Shown here piece after piece: positions 38,071 through 48,562 of a stretch of DNA of 64,000 nt. Both the position numbers and the translations under genes were made by a program. The notes beneath the pieces are model-generated. The model was given only the letters and a program-made list of their open reading frames with translations. It did not search any database and was not told the DNA's origin. Origin of the DNA: an uncultured Planctomycetia bacterium (GTDB lineage Bacteria; Omnitrophota; Gorgyraeia; S143-82). Every line of letters begins with the position of its first letter. Position 1 is the stretch's first letter. The DNA lies in assembly GCA_964469495.1 (NCBI GenBank), contig CAYXYY010000011.1, positions 30,845 through 94,844 of the forward strand. Reading direction: 5' to 3'.

Positions 38071-38431
38071 TTGACGTTTGTTTTTTGTCTTGGAAAGTAT
38101 TTTCCGTGTTATCTATATCCTGTGGTTTTTGGGTCTGTGGCTCTTGAGCCTGTGGCTCTTGAGACGGGGGATATAGTATCCTTATTTCCGTCCCGCATAC
38201 CTTGATTATAAGTTGTCCGGCTTCTATCTTTTTAATTTTAATCCCTGATACAGTGCTGTTTTCAACGGGGTTTATATTGTCTATAGCCGGCCAGTGTTTT
38301 GTAAGGTCTATTTCAATGGATTTAGTTTGTTTTTGCATAGGCCTGAACGCATCACGGGACATATCAGATGCAGCGGCCGGCATTGCGGCATATGATATGC
38401 AAAGCAAAGATACGGCTAATAATTTTTTCAT
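38051..38431 (-). CDS. Secreted hypothetical protein (PilP-like position) with QEPQ repeats
   Basis: Signal peptide; RDAFRP; SQEPQAQEPQTQKPQ; overlaps both neighbours. Confidence 0.5.
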   Translation of the reverse strand: MKKLLAVSLLCISYAAMPAAASDMSRDAFRPMQKQTKSIEIDLTKHWPAIDNINPVENSTVSGIKIKKIEAGQLIIKVCGTEIRILYPPSQEPQAQEPQTQKPQDIDNTENTFQDKKQTSNEKETD

Positions 38432-39036
38432 AGTGTTTCAATCTGTCCCTTTTCTTTTTTATATTTCAATATAACCGTCATATCTATTTCAACGAGATCG
38501 TTTTGGTTTTTCTCTGACCAGACTATTTGCATGCGGTCCAATGTGTATATTGTGCTTTTATTAAGCGCATTAAAGAAGGTTTTAAGTTTTGTATACTCTA
38601 TATATGCCTTAATCCTGACAGGAACTAGCAGAAGTGTTATTTCCCCTGCTTGTTTCTTGTTTTTGATTTGGCCTATTTTCAGGGTCACATTATTTATTTG
38701 CGCATCATTTAAAAGGGTTAATATCTTCTCAAAGACGTGGTTTGGCGCATTTAATTGGGAAATAGATAAAAACCTATTGATTTCTTCTTGTTTTTTTAGA
38801 TACATGGATAATTCTTGTCTGATTTTCGCGCTAAGGATATCGCTTTTTTGTTTAGATGTGTTATAGCTTCTTATAATATCCCTTGCGCGTTTCAGCTTAA
38901 ATATTGCCGGGCCGATATAGATAGCATTGAAGGCCAAAAATACAATGAGAGCCATATTATGCAGACTGCGGCACAATCTTCTTGCGCTGTTTTTGCCGAT
39001 AAAATATATAAGATCATCAAGATAATAATGTATCAT
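38428..39036 (-). CDS. PilO/GspM-like bitopic protein
   Basis: TM, coiled coil, then VPVRIKAYIEYTKLKTFFNAL…IYTLDRMQI ferredoxin-like pattern. Confidence 0.6.
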   Translation of the reverse strand: MIHYYLDDLIYFIGKNSARRLCRSLHNMALIVFLAFNAIYIGPAIFKLKRARDIIRSYNTSKQKSDILSAKIRQELSMYLKKQEEINRFLSISQLNAPNHVFEKILTLLNDAQINNVTLKIGQIKNKKQAGEITLLLVPVRIKAYIEYTKLKTFFNALNKSTIYTLDRMQIVWSEKNQNDLVEIDMTVILKYKKEKGQIETL

Positions 39037-39626
39037 AGTGTTATACCTATATGTTGTTTTGGTGTAAAAACAATATGATATGAGATTGTATAGCCCTCTT
39101 CTTTACTGTTCATTTCCTTTAAAATAACATCTGAAAAATAAGACATTATACGGCTTTGTTTGATAGAACGCAGAAATTCATTTATCTGTTTTAATGTATT
39201 ATAATCCCCTTTTTCCATTTGTATGTGCAGGTGCATAATATAGGTGTTGTTTTCCTTTGCCCACAATATCTTTTGTATCCATGCATTTTCAGGCAATGCC
39301 TTTGAAAGCTCGGCCCATATCACAGACCATACATTGGAGAATTTGTGTTTGTCAATGATAGCATAATATTTATTAATATATTTTTCTCTTATATTAATCT
39401 GTTGTTCCATATAGCGCAGAAATTCCAGCCTGCTGGTAAAAACCCTGTTTAGAGAAACGAATCTCTGGATCTTCTGAGAAGGAATGTATATATATGTGTA
39501 GGAGAGTGTAGCTATGAGCAGATAGATGGAAAGGAAAGACAGTAAACTAACAAATCGTTTCCATATATCTTTTTTGTATATGGAGAATAAAGCAAAATTT
39601 GTTTTATGAAAGACTGTAAGCTGCAC
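39033..39626 (-). CDS. PilN/GspL-like bitopic protein
   Basis: TM, coiled coil, WSVIWAELSKALPENAWI and INEFLRSIKQS…FSDVIL. Confidence 0.7.
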   Translation of the reverse strand: MQLTVFHKTNFALFSIYKKDIWKRFVSLLSFLSIYLLIATLSYTYIYIPSQKIQRFVSLNRVFTSRLEFLRYMEQQINIREKYINKYYAIIDKHKFSNVWSVIWAELSKALPENAWIQKILWAKENNTYIMHLHIQMEKGDYNTLKQINEFLRSIKQSRIMSYFSDVILKEMNSKEEGYTISYHIVFTPKQHIGITL

Positions 39627-39662
39627 CTGTCCTCCTGATTTCCAACGCCCCTTGTTTATCTA

Positions 39663-40388
39663 TTATACCACAAAATTGCAAAGTTTCATTACACCTTCTA
39701 TTTCTATGCAGATTTCATCTCCTTTGTGTAATTGCCCTATTCCCGGAGGAGTTCCTGTGGAAATAATGTCCCCTTTATTTAGAGTCATTATGCGTGATAT
39801 AAAAGAAACCAATTCTTCAATGGAAAAGATCATATCAGAACTTGAACCTTCTTGAACTAATTTGCCGTTTAGATGCGCTTTGACTATTAATTCTCTATTT
39901 CCTGTGTAAGGGGCAATAAACGGGCCTATCGGACAAAACGTATCAAATGATTTTGCCCTTGTCCATTGGCCGTCTTTCTTCTGCAGGTCCCGGGCAGTGA
40001 TGTCGTTTAAACAAGTAATGCCCCAGATAACTTTATGAGCCTCTTTGGGTTCAATATCCTTGCAATGGCGGCCTATTACAACAGCGATCTCGGCTTCGTA
40101 ATCAACTCTATTGCTTTGGTGGGGAAGTTGGATGTTGTCTTTATGTCCGATCAGGCTGCTAATTGGTTTTAAAAATATCACAGGCTCGTTTGGCGCTTCC
40201 ATCTCGAGTTCATTTGCATGGCTTAAGTAATTTAGCCCTGCCAATATGATCTTTGTCGGCTGGCATGGAGGCAGTAGGTTTAGCCGATCTATCGAGCCGT
40301 GTTTATCCCCGTTGTAAGAACAAAACAACCCGTCGTCAGAAACTAGTCCCTCTATAATTGCCTTGTCTTTCAGTATTCGGCAGTGCAT
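39663..40388 (-). CDS. Fumarylacetoacetate hydrolase family protein
   Basis: GLNY, DYEAE, NDITARD, WTRAKSFDTFCPIGP and TGTP motifs. Confidence 0.95.
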   Translation of the reverse strand: MHCRILKDKAIIEGLVSDDGLFCSYNGDKHGSIDRLNLLPPCQPTKIILAGLNYLSHANELEMEAPNEPVIFLKPISSLIGHKDNIQLPHQSNRVDYEAEIAVVIGRHCKDIEPKEAHKVIWGITCLNDITARDLQKKDGQWTRAKSFDTFCPIGPFIAPYTGNRELIVKAHLNGKLVQEGSSSDMIFSIEELVSFISRIMTLNKGDIISTGTPPGIGQLHKGDEICIEIEGVMKLCNFVV

Positions 40389-40397
40389 TGATAATGA

Positions 40398-41045
40398 TTA
40401 AAACTTAAACGACAGACTGATGCCGATGACGTTTGTGTCTTTCCAGTAGTCTGGTTTTTTGTCCCTTTGCCACAGGTAATATGCCTTTGCGTATAGATTG
40501 TCGTTTATTTTGTTTTTAATACCAATATATAGTCTGTTTCTGTTTAGTTTTTCCTCTTCTGTATCTGTAAAGACCTCATCTGCAATAAATGGTTTGAATA
40601 TGCCTATCTGCGGGAGATTTATTGTAAGCTTATCGCGGAATCTGTAAAAGTCGTTGTTATCTTTGTGGCGAAATTCCGCCTGAACTTTATTAGACATATC
40701 AAACCCCTTAAAAAGGAATTTATACGTGGCATTTGCATAATATCTATGTTCGTATTGCCATCCCGATGATTTCTTCTCTGTAATATACCTAAAGTGAAAT
40801 CCGACTTTCCATCTATCGTCTATCTTATGAGAGATCCCGAGGTCAGAATGATGCCTATAATGTTGTTGTGCGTCATCTCCAAAACGCTCTTCATTTGTAA
40901 GTTTCATTGACCAGCTATCGTTGATTTTTCCTGATATGGATTGCGAAATCCAAAACTGGAAATCTCCATCGTCGTAGGCATACAAGACATTGGAAAAGAA
41001 AGCAACGTAGATCAATGATATGAATAATAGAATTGATTTTTTCAT
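40398..41045 (-). CDS. DUF2490-like outer-membrane beta-barrel
   Basis: Signal peptide; EHR, RFRDKL and NRNRLYIG motifs; terminal Phe. Confidence 0.75.
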   Translation of the reverse strand: MKKSILLFISLIYVAFFSNVLYAYDDGDFQFWISQSISGKINDSWSMKLTNEERFGDDAQQHYRHHSDLGISHKIDDRWKVGFHFRYITEKKSSGWQYEHRYYANATYKFLFKGFDMSNKVQAEFRHKDNNDFYRFRDKLTINLPQIGIFKPFIADEVFTDTEEEKLNRNRLYIGIKNKINDNLYAKAYYLWQRDKKPDYWKDTNVIGISLSFKF

Positions 41046-41259
41046 ATTCCCCTCCTTTTTTATAAAGTTGATAAAGCGATTAACACCATATCTTATATTA
41101 TATTAACCTTTTCGTCAAGTCCCATAGAGTTATAAAATACCATATTGTTTGGACCATTTTCACTATGGTAGCAAAGTGATTTTTATCCGATACATATTTT
41201 ATGGTATAATTAAACCTAGATTTGGCATATTTATGTAAATTGTAAAAGGAGAACAAGAT

Positions 41260-41421
41260 ATGGACAATTTGCCAATAGGCGTTCAAGATTTTGCCAAACT
41301 AATAAAGGAGAATAGGTATTGAGAGAAATGCCAATACGGAGGCAGGGAGATAACGCTTGTGGAAATAATATTTGATGACGATGAGAGGAATGTTTCAAAG
41401 ATGGAGTGGGACAATGTGTAG
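41260..41421 (+). pseudogene. Collapsed remnant of an AAA-ATPase-like/PD-(D/E)XK protein gene
   Basis: Extended -10 (41202-41210) and SD AAAGGAG, then in one frame MDNLPIGVQDFAKLIKENRY*EKCQYGGREITLVEIIFDDDERNVSKMEWDNV*, i.e. the family N-terminus joined to its C-terminus. Confidence 0.65.
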
Positions 41422-41506
41422 AAGGCCTGATTTTTGAAATTATTGATATGCTGAAAAGATTTTGTCTGATGTCAATGAAAATTATACTACATACCAAAAA
41501 GGGAAT

Positions 41507-42970
41507 ATGAAAAGGGGATTGCGAACCTTATTGGCGATTGGGGTATTTTCTTTTATTTTCTTAACAATTGGTTTTTGCGCCGATACAACGACGTCTGGTA
41601 AAACGAAGTTTCTTGAAACGAAGTCTGTTGATAAACTAAAAGTTTTGGTTATCCCCATAGACAATAAGATTATTACGCCCGCCTTTGCTAATTTCTTTTC
41701 TGTCCAGATGCAATCTGCTGTTGGATACGACGCCATTGTGATTCTGATAGATACACCCGGTGGTTTCTTAACAGCGTGCGAGGATATGGTAAAGAAGATA
41801 TTGGATTGCCCTATTCCGGTTATCGCGTATATTTATCCGAAAGGTGCAAAGGCAGGTTCAGCAGGTGTTTTCATATCACTTGCGTGTGATTTTATTGCTA
41901 TGTCGCCAAATACGCGCATAGGTGCGGCGCACCCCATTTTGGCTGGTGTTGAAGATGATTCTGATTTTGCTTTCGCTCAGGAGCACAATGATCTTGAAAA
42001 TGCCCTGAACGAAACCGACGTGAAAAAGATATCATCCGAGCCAATTGTTTTGCCTGAATTGCCAGAAGGCCTTTCTATTATAGAAGATAGCGACAAAATA
42101 TTATCAGATAAAATCTTAAACGATACATTGGCTTTTTTCCGTTCTTATGTAAAAGAAAAACGAAAAGACATAGACATAAAAGCGGCAGAGGATTTGGTCA
42201 TAAAGAGCATGTCTCTTATAGAAGAAGAGGCTCTTCAAAAACACATCGTAGATGCAATATCCCCTGATTTGCAGGATGTTTTAGATAAAGCCGCTGTAAG
42301 CGGTGTGATACCAAAATTTAAAGATTATCAACTGACGCGCAAAAAGATGGGGCAGCTTCAGACGTTTATGTATTATATAACAAATCCTTATCTGTTATAC
42401 GTCTTGTCTTCTTTATCGGTTATTTTATTGATTTTTGAATTTACGCATCCGGGATTTGGCGTGCCAGGGATAATCGGCCTATTGGGATTAGGCGTGTGTA
42501 TGTATGGATATGGTATGCTGCCTGTTAATTATTTGGGATTATTTTTGATGATACTCGGAATCATATTTTTTATTTTAGAGGCCTTTACTCCCGGGGTTGG
42601 TATATTGGCTGCTGGTGGAGGTGTTGCCTTTTTGTGGGGATCGTTGATACTGTGGAATACGCCGGGTTCAATGTATCATCTCCCCAAGGATTTAGTTGTA
42701 TCTATAGCTGTATTTTTGGGTATTTCCATAGCAGGGATTATCTATCTTGCTATGCGGATTAAGTATAAGAGGTCAGCTGTTGGCGCGGATGCAATGATAG
42801 GTAAAGTTGCAGAGGTAATAGAAGACGTTTCTACTGACGCGGGAAGGGTTTTTATTATGGGCGAGTACTGGAATGCCGTTGGCAATGAAGGTGTAATCCC
42901 CAAAGGGAGTAAGGTTTTGGTAGATGATGTAAGAGGGTTGGTTCTGGTCGTTAAAAAAAGGGGGGAGTGA
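41507..42970 (+). CDS. nfeD: NfeD membrane-bound ClpP-class serine protease
   Basis: IDTPGG, AGSAG, IGAAHP, TM region with EFTHPGFG and C-terminal GEYWNA OB domain. Confidence 0.92.
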   Translation: MKRGLRTLLAIGVFSFIFLTIGFCADTTTSGKTKFLETKSVDKLKVLVIPIDNKIITPAFANFFSVQMQSAVGYDAIVILIDTPGGFLTACEDMVKKILDCPIPVIAYIYPKGAKAGSAGVFISLACDFIAMSPNTRIGAAHPILAGVEDDSDFAFAQEHNDLENALNETDVKKISSEPIVLPELPEGLSIIEDSDKILSDKILNDTLAFFRSYVKEKRKDIDIKAAEDLVIKSMSLIEEEALQKHIVDAISPDLQDVLDKAAVSGVIPKFKDYQLTRKKMGQLQTFMYYITNPYLLYVLSSLSVILLIFEFTHPGFGVPGIIGLLGLGVCMYGYGMLPVNYLGLFLMILGIIFFILEAFTPGVGILAAGGGVAFLWGSLILWNTPGSMYHLPKDLVVSIAVFLGISIAGIIYLAMRIKYKRSAVGADAMIGKVAEVIEDVSTDAGRVFIMGEYWNAVGNEGVIPKGSKVLVDDVRGLVLVVKKRGE

Positions 42971-43716
42971 TGGGTTTTTTCTTTTTCTTGTTTATCGTAT
43001 TTATGATTTATTTGTTTTCGTGTATTCGCATTTTGAAGGAATATGAAAGGGCTGTTGTCTTTACCTTGGGACGTATATTGACTGGGCCCAGAGGGCCGGG
43101 CATTATTTTTATATTTCGTCCTTTAGAGGATATGCAGGTAGTTAGTTTGCGCCTTGTCCCGCTTGATGTGCCTCCGCAGGATGTTATCACAAAGGACAAT
43201 GTATCTGTGAAGGTAAATGCAGTGCTCTATTATCGTGTGATGGATCCAATAAAGGCCGTTACAGAGGTGGAAAATTACAATTATGCCACTTCTCAGATAT
43301 CTCAGACAACACTTAGAAGTGTTATAGGCCAGGTTGAACTGGATGAATTGTTGTCTGACAGGGAAAAGATAAATACCCATCTTCAGGAAATTATCGACAA
43401 GCAAACCGATCCGTGGGGTATAAAGGTTTCAACCGTTGAAATTAAACACGTTGATTTACCGCAGGAGATGCAGAGGGCAATGGCAAGGCAGGCGGAGGCG
43501 GAAAGGGAACGACGCGGGAAGATTATCGCGGCGGAAGGCGAGTTTCAGGCTGCGGAAAAGCTCAAGGCCGCATCTGAGATGTTGGCAGACCAGCCGGTTG
43601 CTATGCAGATGAAATATCTGCAGACGTTGGTGGATATATCCACGGAAAATAGTACGACTGTTGTCTTCCCTTTGCCGATAGAGTTGTTTAAGTCTTTTCT
43701 TGGGAAACAAGAATAG
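42967..43716 (+). CDS. Slipin/stomatin (SPFH) protein
   Basis: [22 protein letters not shown] and [13 protein letters not shown] motifs; canonical nfeD partner. Confidence 0.95.
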   Translation: MMGFFFFLFIVFMIYLFSCIRILKEYERAVVFTLGRILTGPRGPGIIFIFRPLEDMQVVSLRLVPLDVPPQDVITKDNVSVKVNAVLYYRVMDPIKAVTEVENYNYATSQISQTTLRSVIGQVELDELLSDREKINTHLQEIIDKQTDPWGIKVSTVEIKHVDLPQEMQRAMARQAEAERERRGKIIAAEGEFQAAEKLKAASEMLADQPVAMQMKYLQTLVDISTENSTTVVFPLPIELFKSFLGKQE

Positions 43717-43752
43717 TGTTTTTGGATATAAAAAAGGGTATATTCTTATTGT

Positions 43753-43801
43753 AAAAGGGCAGATCTCGACTGCAAAAGGGCAGATCTCGACTGCCCTTTT
43801 T
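43753..43801. terminator. Intrinsic terminator with a 21-bp tandem duplication
   Basis: (AAAAGGGCAGATCTCGACTGC)x2 then CCTTTTT; hairpin AAAAGGGCAG-atctcga-CTGCCCTTTT at 43774-43800. Confidence 0.8.
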
Positions 43802-43877
43802 ATTCTATTCGATCTTATGGTATAATACTAATCTCAGATATGGTTGTATAGTCATTTGCCATTTTAAAGGAGTTTGT

Positions 43878-46800
43878 ATGTATCATAGCGATTTTGTGCA
43901 TCTTCATCTTCACTCTGAATACAGTTTATTAGACGGGGCGTGTCATTTAGATAGAGTTATTTCCAAGGCAGTGGAATACAAAATGCCTGCTATGGCCATA
44001 ACCGATCATGGCAATATGTTTGCTGCAATCGATTTTTACCAGAAGGCGATGAAGGCGGGTGTTAAGCCTATAATTGGAGCGGAATTATATGTTGCGCCGG
44101 GATCCAGATTTGATAAAAAGAAAGAAAACGGCAAACCCCCGGCCTTTCATATCGTGCTTTTATGCAGGAATACAGCGGGTTACAAGAACCTGCTCAAACT
44201 TACGACAGCCGGTTTTTTTGACGGATTTTATTATTACCCAAGAATCGATAAAGAGCTGTTGGCCAGACATAGTGATGGTTTAATTGCCCTTTCTGCATGT
44301 CTAAAAGGAGAAGTGGCCTATTATCTTTTAAGAGATAAAGACGATTTTGCTGAAAAGGCCCTGCAGGAATATATAGACATCTTTGGCGCGGATAATTTTT
44401 ATATAGAGATTCAGGAAAATGGCCTTTCAGAGCAGGATTACGTGAATAAGAAACTCGTTAATCTTGCAAAAAAATACGATTTAAAACCCGTTGCAACGAA
44501 TGATGTTCACTATATAGAACGCAAAGATGCCCGCGCGCATGAGGTGCTGTTGTGTATCCAGACGCAGACGACGATGCGGGACGAGAATAGAATGCGAATG
44601 TCCAGTGATATGTTCTATTTTGCCTCGGCAGACGAAATGAAGAGGCGTTTCAAGTCCTTGCCGGAGGCAGTGCAAAATACGCTTGAGGTTGCTCAAAGAT
44701 GCAATCTTGAACTAGAATTTGGAAAAAATCATTTGCCAGTGTTTACTCCTCCTAATGGCGTAAATAGCAAGGATTATCTGCTTAGTATGTGTAATGATGC
44801 CCTTCCGAAAAGATATAGCGGGGATATGTTGAAAACAGCCAAAGATCGCTTGGACTATGAAGTCAGTGTAATTGAGAGGATGGGATATATAAATTATTTC
44901 CTTATAGTGTGGGATTTTATTAGATATGCCAAGGAAAACGGTATCCCTTCCGGCCCGGGAAGGGGATCAGCGGCAGGCAGTATTGTGAGCTATCTGTTAG
45001 GGATTACCTCTATTGACCCGTTAAAGTACAATTTGCTTTTTGAACGGTTTCTTAATCCCGACAGGGTTTCTATGCCGGATATTGACATCGATTTTTGTTA
45101 TGAAAACAGGCAAAGGGTTATTGATTATGTCGTTGAGAAATACGGCAGGGATAATGTTGCGCAGATTATTACCTTTGGAACGATGAAGGCAAGGGCCGTT
45201 GTGCGCGATGTTGCAAGGGCGCTGGGTTTGCCGTATGCCTTGGCTGACAAAATCGCAAAAAAAATACCTCCGGGCGCTTCTTTGAAAGAGGCATTGAATA
45301 TGGATTCCGAACTGAATGCTATGTATGAATCTGATAGCCAGGTAAAGGACCTTTTGGATGTGGCCCAAGTATTGGAAGGGTTGACGCGCCACGCATCTAC
45401 ACATGCCGCGGGCGTTGTCATATCAGATAAACCTTTGATAGAATACACGCCTTTGTTTAAGTCTGACAATCAGGTTTCAACTGCGTATTCTATGAAACCG
45501 GTTGAAAAGATAGGCCTGTTGAAAATGGACTTTTTGGGATTAAAGACACTTACGGTAATACAACACACTATTGATATGATAAAACAGGCAACAGGCGAAG
45601 AAATAGATATGGATTCCATTCCATTAGACGACGAGGCGGCGTTTAAGCTGTTGGGCGAGGCAAAGACAAAAGGCGTTTTTCAGTTGGAGTCTTCCGGGAT
45701 GCGCGATTTGTTGGTAAGAATGCAGCCGGATAAATTTGAGGATATCATTGCCTTGCTTGCATTGTATCGTCCCGGTCCTATTGGCAGCGGCATGTTAGAC
45801 GATTTTATCGAACGGAGGAAAGGGGCTAAAGAAGTGGAATATATGCTGCCTGAATTAGAGCCGATTTTAAAAGAAACTTATGGCGTTATTTTATATCAAG
45901 AGCAGGTGATGCAGATTGCAAGTGTTATGGCGGGTTTCTCATTGGCGCAAGCGGATTTGCTCAGGCGGGCAATGGGTAAGAAAATACCCGAGGAGATGGA
46001 GAAACAACGCGAGGCATTTATCAATGGCGCGGCGAAAAAAAATATAGATAAAAAACTTGCCAAAAAGATGTTTGAGCTAATAGAATACTTTTCCGGATAC
46101 GGGTTTAATAAATCCCATTCAGCTGCATATGCCGTTGTTTCGTATCGCACAGCTTATCTAAAGGCGAATTACACTAAAGAATTTATGGCAGCGCTTTTAA
46201 CTAGTGAACACGGTAATACAGATAAAATGGTAGATTATATAAAGGATATTGAATCAATGGGCATAAAGATACTTGCTCCGGACGTTAATAAGAGCTTATA
46301 TCCATTTACAGTGGAAGAGGGTGCCGTGCGTTTTGGATTATGCGCGATAAAGAATGTCGGAGAAGGCCCGGCATCGGCGATAGTGTTGGAAAGAGAAAAG
46401 AACGGGCCGTTTAAGGATATGATGGATTTCTGCGTGCGCTTAAGCGGGAAAGTTAATAAGAAAGTGTTGGAGTACTTGATAAAATCATCTGCATTTGACG
46501 GCTTTGGCCTAAGCAGGAGAGAGATGTTTGAGCGAATAGATGATTATATACAGATAGCCGCTAAAAAGAGGCATGAGATAGATTCCGGACAGCTATCCCT
46601 TTTTGCATCCGGAGGCGCGTCTGCGCAAACGCAAGCGGATAATAACGGTAAGGTGCAGGAATGGGAGGAACATATCATATTGTTGTATGAAAAAGAGTCG
46701 TTGGGCATGTATCTGTCAGGACATCCTTTGTCTAAATATGCAGATGTCTTATTTCATTTAAATACAGCAAAGATAGAAGATGCTCTGCAATTGCCGTCGG

Positions 46801-47306
46801 AAACAAATATCTTGATTGCCGGGGTTATAGGCAGGATATCTTCCAAGATATCAAAACGCTCAAAGGAAAAAATGGCATTCTTTATGTTAGAGGATTTAAG
46901 CGCAGATATAGAGTGTTTAACGTTTCCATCGGTGTATAAGGATGTTGGCCGTCATATTTCAGAAAATAATGTTGTTATAGTAAAGGGGCGCATAGATGCC
47001 GGAGAAAACGGCGGTAAAGTGATAGTATCCAAGATATGGGATATTTCTTCCGTTGAAAATCTTATAGACGAGGTCAAAATAGATATTACATTATTGGATA
47101 AGCCTGCTGTGCGTTTGTTAAGAGATACATTGAATGGGCATAGAGGAGATGTGCCAGTGTTGTTTTATGTAAAAGGCAGGCACGAATACGTTGAATTTCA
47201 TCCCGAAAGAGATCTGTTTGTGAAACCTGATTTTAGTTTTCTGCAGGATATAGAGGATGTTATTGGAAATGAAAAAGTGATTTTAAAGATAGGCGGTATA
47301 CAATGA
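43878..47306 (+). CDS. dnaE: DNA polymerase III alpha subunit
   Basis: PHP domain HLHLHSEYSLLDG; GRGSAAGS, PDIDIDF and GFNKSHS motifs. Extended -10 TGGTATAAT at 43818. Confidence 0.98.
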   Translation: MYHSDFVHLHLHSEYSLLDGACHLDRVISKAVEYKMPAMAITDHGNMFAAIDFYQKAMKAGVKPIIGAELYVAPGSRFDKKKENGKPPAFHIVLLCRNTAGYKNLLKLTTAGFFDGFYYYPRIDKELLARHSDGLIALSACLKGEVAYYLLRDKDDFAEKALQEYIDIFGADNFYIEIQENGLSEQDYVNKKLVNLAKKYDLKPVATNDVHYIERKDARAHEVLLCIQTQTTMRDENRMRMSSDMFYFASADEMKRRFKSLPEAVQNTLEVAQRCNLELEFGKNHLPVFTPPNGVNSKDYLLSMCNDALPKRYSGDMLKTAKDRLDYEVSVIERMGYINYFLIVWDFIRYAKENGIPSGPGRGSAAGSIVSYLLGITSIDPLKYNLLFERFLNPDRVSMPDIDIDFCYENRQRVIDYVVEKYGRDNVAQIITFGTMKARAVVRDVARALGLPYALADKIAKKIPPGASLKEALNMDSELNAMYESDSQVKDLLDVAQVLEGLTRHASTHAAGVVISDKPLIEYTPLFKSDNQVSTAYSMKPVEKIGLLKMDFLGLKTLTVIQHTIDMIKQATGEEIDMDSIPLDDEAAFKLLGEAKTKGVFQLESSGMRDLLVRMQPDKFEDIIALLALYRPGPIGSGMLDDFIERRKGAKEVEYMLPELEPILKETYGVILYQEQVMQIASVMAGFSLAQADLLRRAMGKKIPEEMEKQREAFINGAAKKNIDKKLAKKMFELIEYFSGYGFNKSHSAAYAVVSYRTAYLKANYTKEFMAALLTSEHGNTDKMVDYIKDIESMGIKILAPDVNKSLYPFTVEEGAVRFGLCAIKNVGEGPASAIVLEREKNGPFKDMMDFCVRLSGKVNKKVLEYLIKSSAFDGFGLSRREMFERIDDYIQIAAKKRHEIDSGQLSLFASGGASAQTQADNNGKVQEWEEHIILLYEKESLGMYLSGHPLSKYADVLFHLNTAKIEDALQLPSETNILIAGVIGRISSKISKRSKEKMAFFMLEDLSADIECLTFPSVYKDVGRHISENNVVIVKGRIDAGENGGKVIVSKIWDISSVENLIDEVKIDITLLDKPAVRLLRDTLNGHRGDVPVLFYVKGRHEYVEFHPERDLFVKPDFSFLQDIEDVIGNEKVILKIGGIQ

Positions 47307-48562
47307 AAAAGTTTATTATAAACGGCCCCGCAGAACTTTCCGGGACTATTACTATAAGCGGATCAAAGAATGCGGCCCTGCCGATATTGGCTGCCTGTTT
47401 GCTTACGGAAGAGGAGGTTGTCCTGCGTAATGTGCCCAAGTTAAAGGATATAGAAACGATGGTCAAGCTGCTACGGTGTCTTGGGGCGCAGGTGATTGAG
47501 GAGTATCCGATAATTAGAGTGCCGGCAGGCAGGAAGAAAAAATACACGGCCCCGTATAATATAGTCAAGACGATGCGCGGGTCTTTTTGTGTATTAGGCC
47601 CTTTGCTTGCGCGTTTGAAAAAGGCAAAGGTATCTTTGCCCGGAGGCTGCGTTATAGGCGTGCGTCCGGTTGATTTGCACATAAAGGGCATAAGCGCCTT
47701 GGGCGCGGATATAAAACTGGAGAATGGTTATGTATACGCCAAGGCAAAGGATCTGCGAGGAACGGACGTGTATCTGGGCGGGATGTTTGGTTCTTCTGTA
47801 TTGGCTACGGCCAATGTAATGATGTGCGCTGTGCTTGCAAAAGGCAGGACTATTATTGAGAACGCGGCTTGCGAACCGGAGATAGTTGATCTGTCCAATA
47901 TGTTGACGTCTATGGGGGCAAAGATATCGGGCGCAGGTTCTCCATGGATAGAGATAGAAGGCGTTGAAAGATTAGGGGGTGTGGATTACACGATTATCCC
48001 GGATAGGATAGAGGCCGGAACCTATATAATGGCCGGCGCGATAACCAAGTCTCAAATAAGGCTAAAAGGGATTGAGCTTCAACACCTTGGCGCGGTTTTG
48101 GATGTGTTAAAGCGTTGCGGAATTGAAGTGAAAGGTAGGAAAAACGGCCAGGTAAATGTCTCTGAAAACATAAAGGCGCAGAACATAGCTACGTTGCCTT
48201 ATCCCGGATTTCCAACGGATTTGCAGGCGCAGTTTGTTGCGCTTATGTCTGTTGCAGACGGAACGAGCGTTATAACGGAACGCATATATCCGGATAGGTT
48301 TATGCACGTCCCCGAGTTAAATAGAATGGGCGCGAACATAAAGAGGGAAGGGCCATACTGTGTTGTTCAAGGTGTAAGAGAATTAATCGGCGCTCCTGTT
48401 ATGGCATCGGATCTCAGGGCATCGGCTGCGTTGGTTATCGCGGGCTTGGCTGCAAAAGGCAGGACAGAGGTTCATAGGATTTATCACCTTGAGCGCGGAT
48501 ATGAAAATATGATAGAAAAATTACAAAAGGTTGGAGCGGACATAAAGGAGGCGTTTGACTGA
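47303..48562 (+). CDS. murA: UDP-N-acetylglucosamine 1-carboxyvinyltransferase
   Basis: SGSKNAALP, LPGGCVIGVRPVDLH, PGFPTDLQ and ASDLRA motifs. Confidence 0.97.
   Translation: MKKFIINGPAELSGTITISGSKNAALPILAACLLTEEEVVLRNVPKLKDIETMVKLLRCLGAQVIEEYPIIRVPAGRKKKYTAPYNIVKTMRGSFCVLGPLLARLKKAKVSLPGGCVIGVRPVDLHIKGISALGADIKLENGYVYAKAKDLRGTDVYLGGMFGSSVLATANVMMCAVLAKGRTIIENAACEPEIVDLSNMLTSMGAKISGAGSPWIEIEGVERLGGVDYTIIPDRIEAGTYIMAGAITKSQIRLKGIELQHLGAVLDVLKRCGIEVKGRKNGQVNVSENIKAQNIATLPYPGFPTDLQAQFVALMSVADGTSVITERIYPDRFMHVPELNRMGANIKREGPYCVVQGVRELIGAPVMASDLRASAALVIAGLAAKGRTEVHRIYHLERGYENMIEKLQKVGADIKEAFD

Noticed and set aside
38134-38165. 15-bp tandem repeats encoding QEPQ
   Set aside because: Short in-frame low-complexity linker, not a CRISPR or regulatory repeat.
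41320-41322. In-frame TGA as selenocysteine or an alternative genetic code
   Set aside because: TGA ends many intact genes here (rdgB, nadE, murA), no SECIS-like hairpin is evident, and decay explains it more simply.
43753-43794. CRISPR array
   Set aside because: Two abutting copies with no spacer and no cas genes; no array was seen anywhere in the window.
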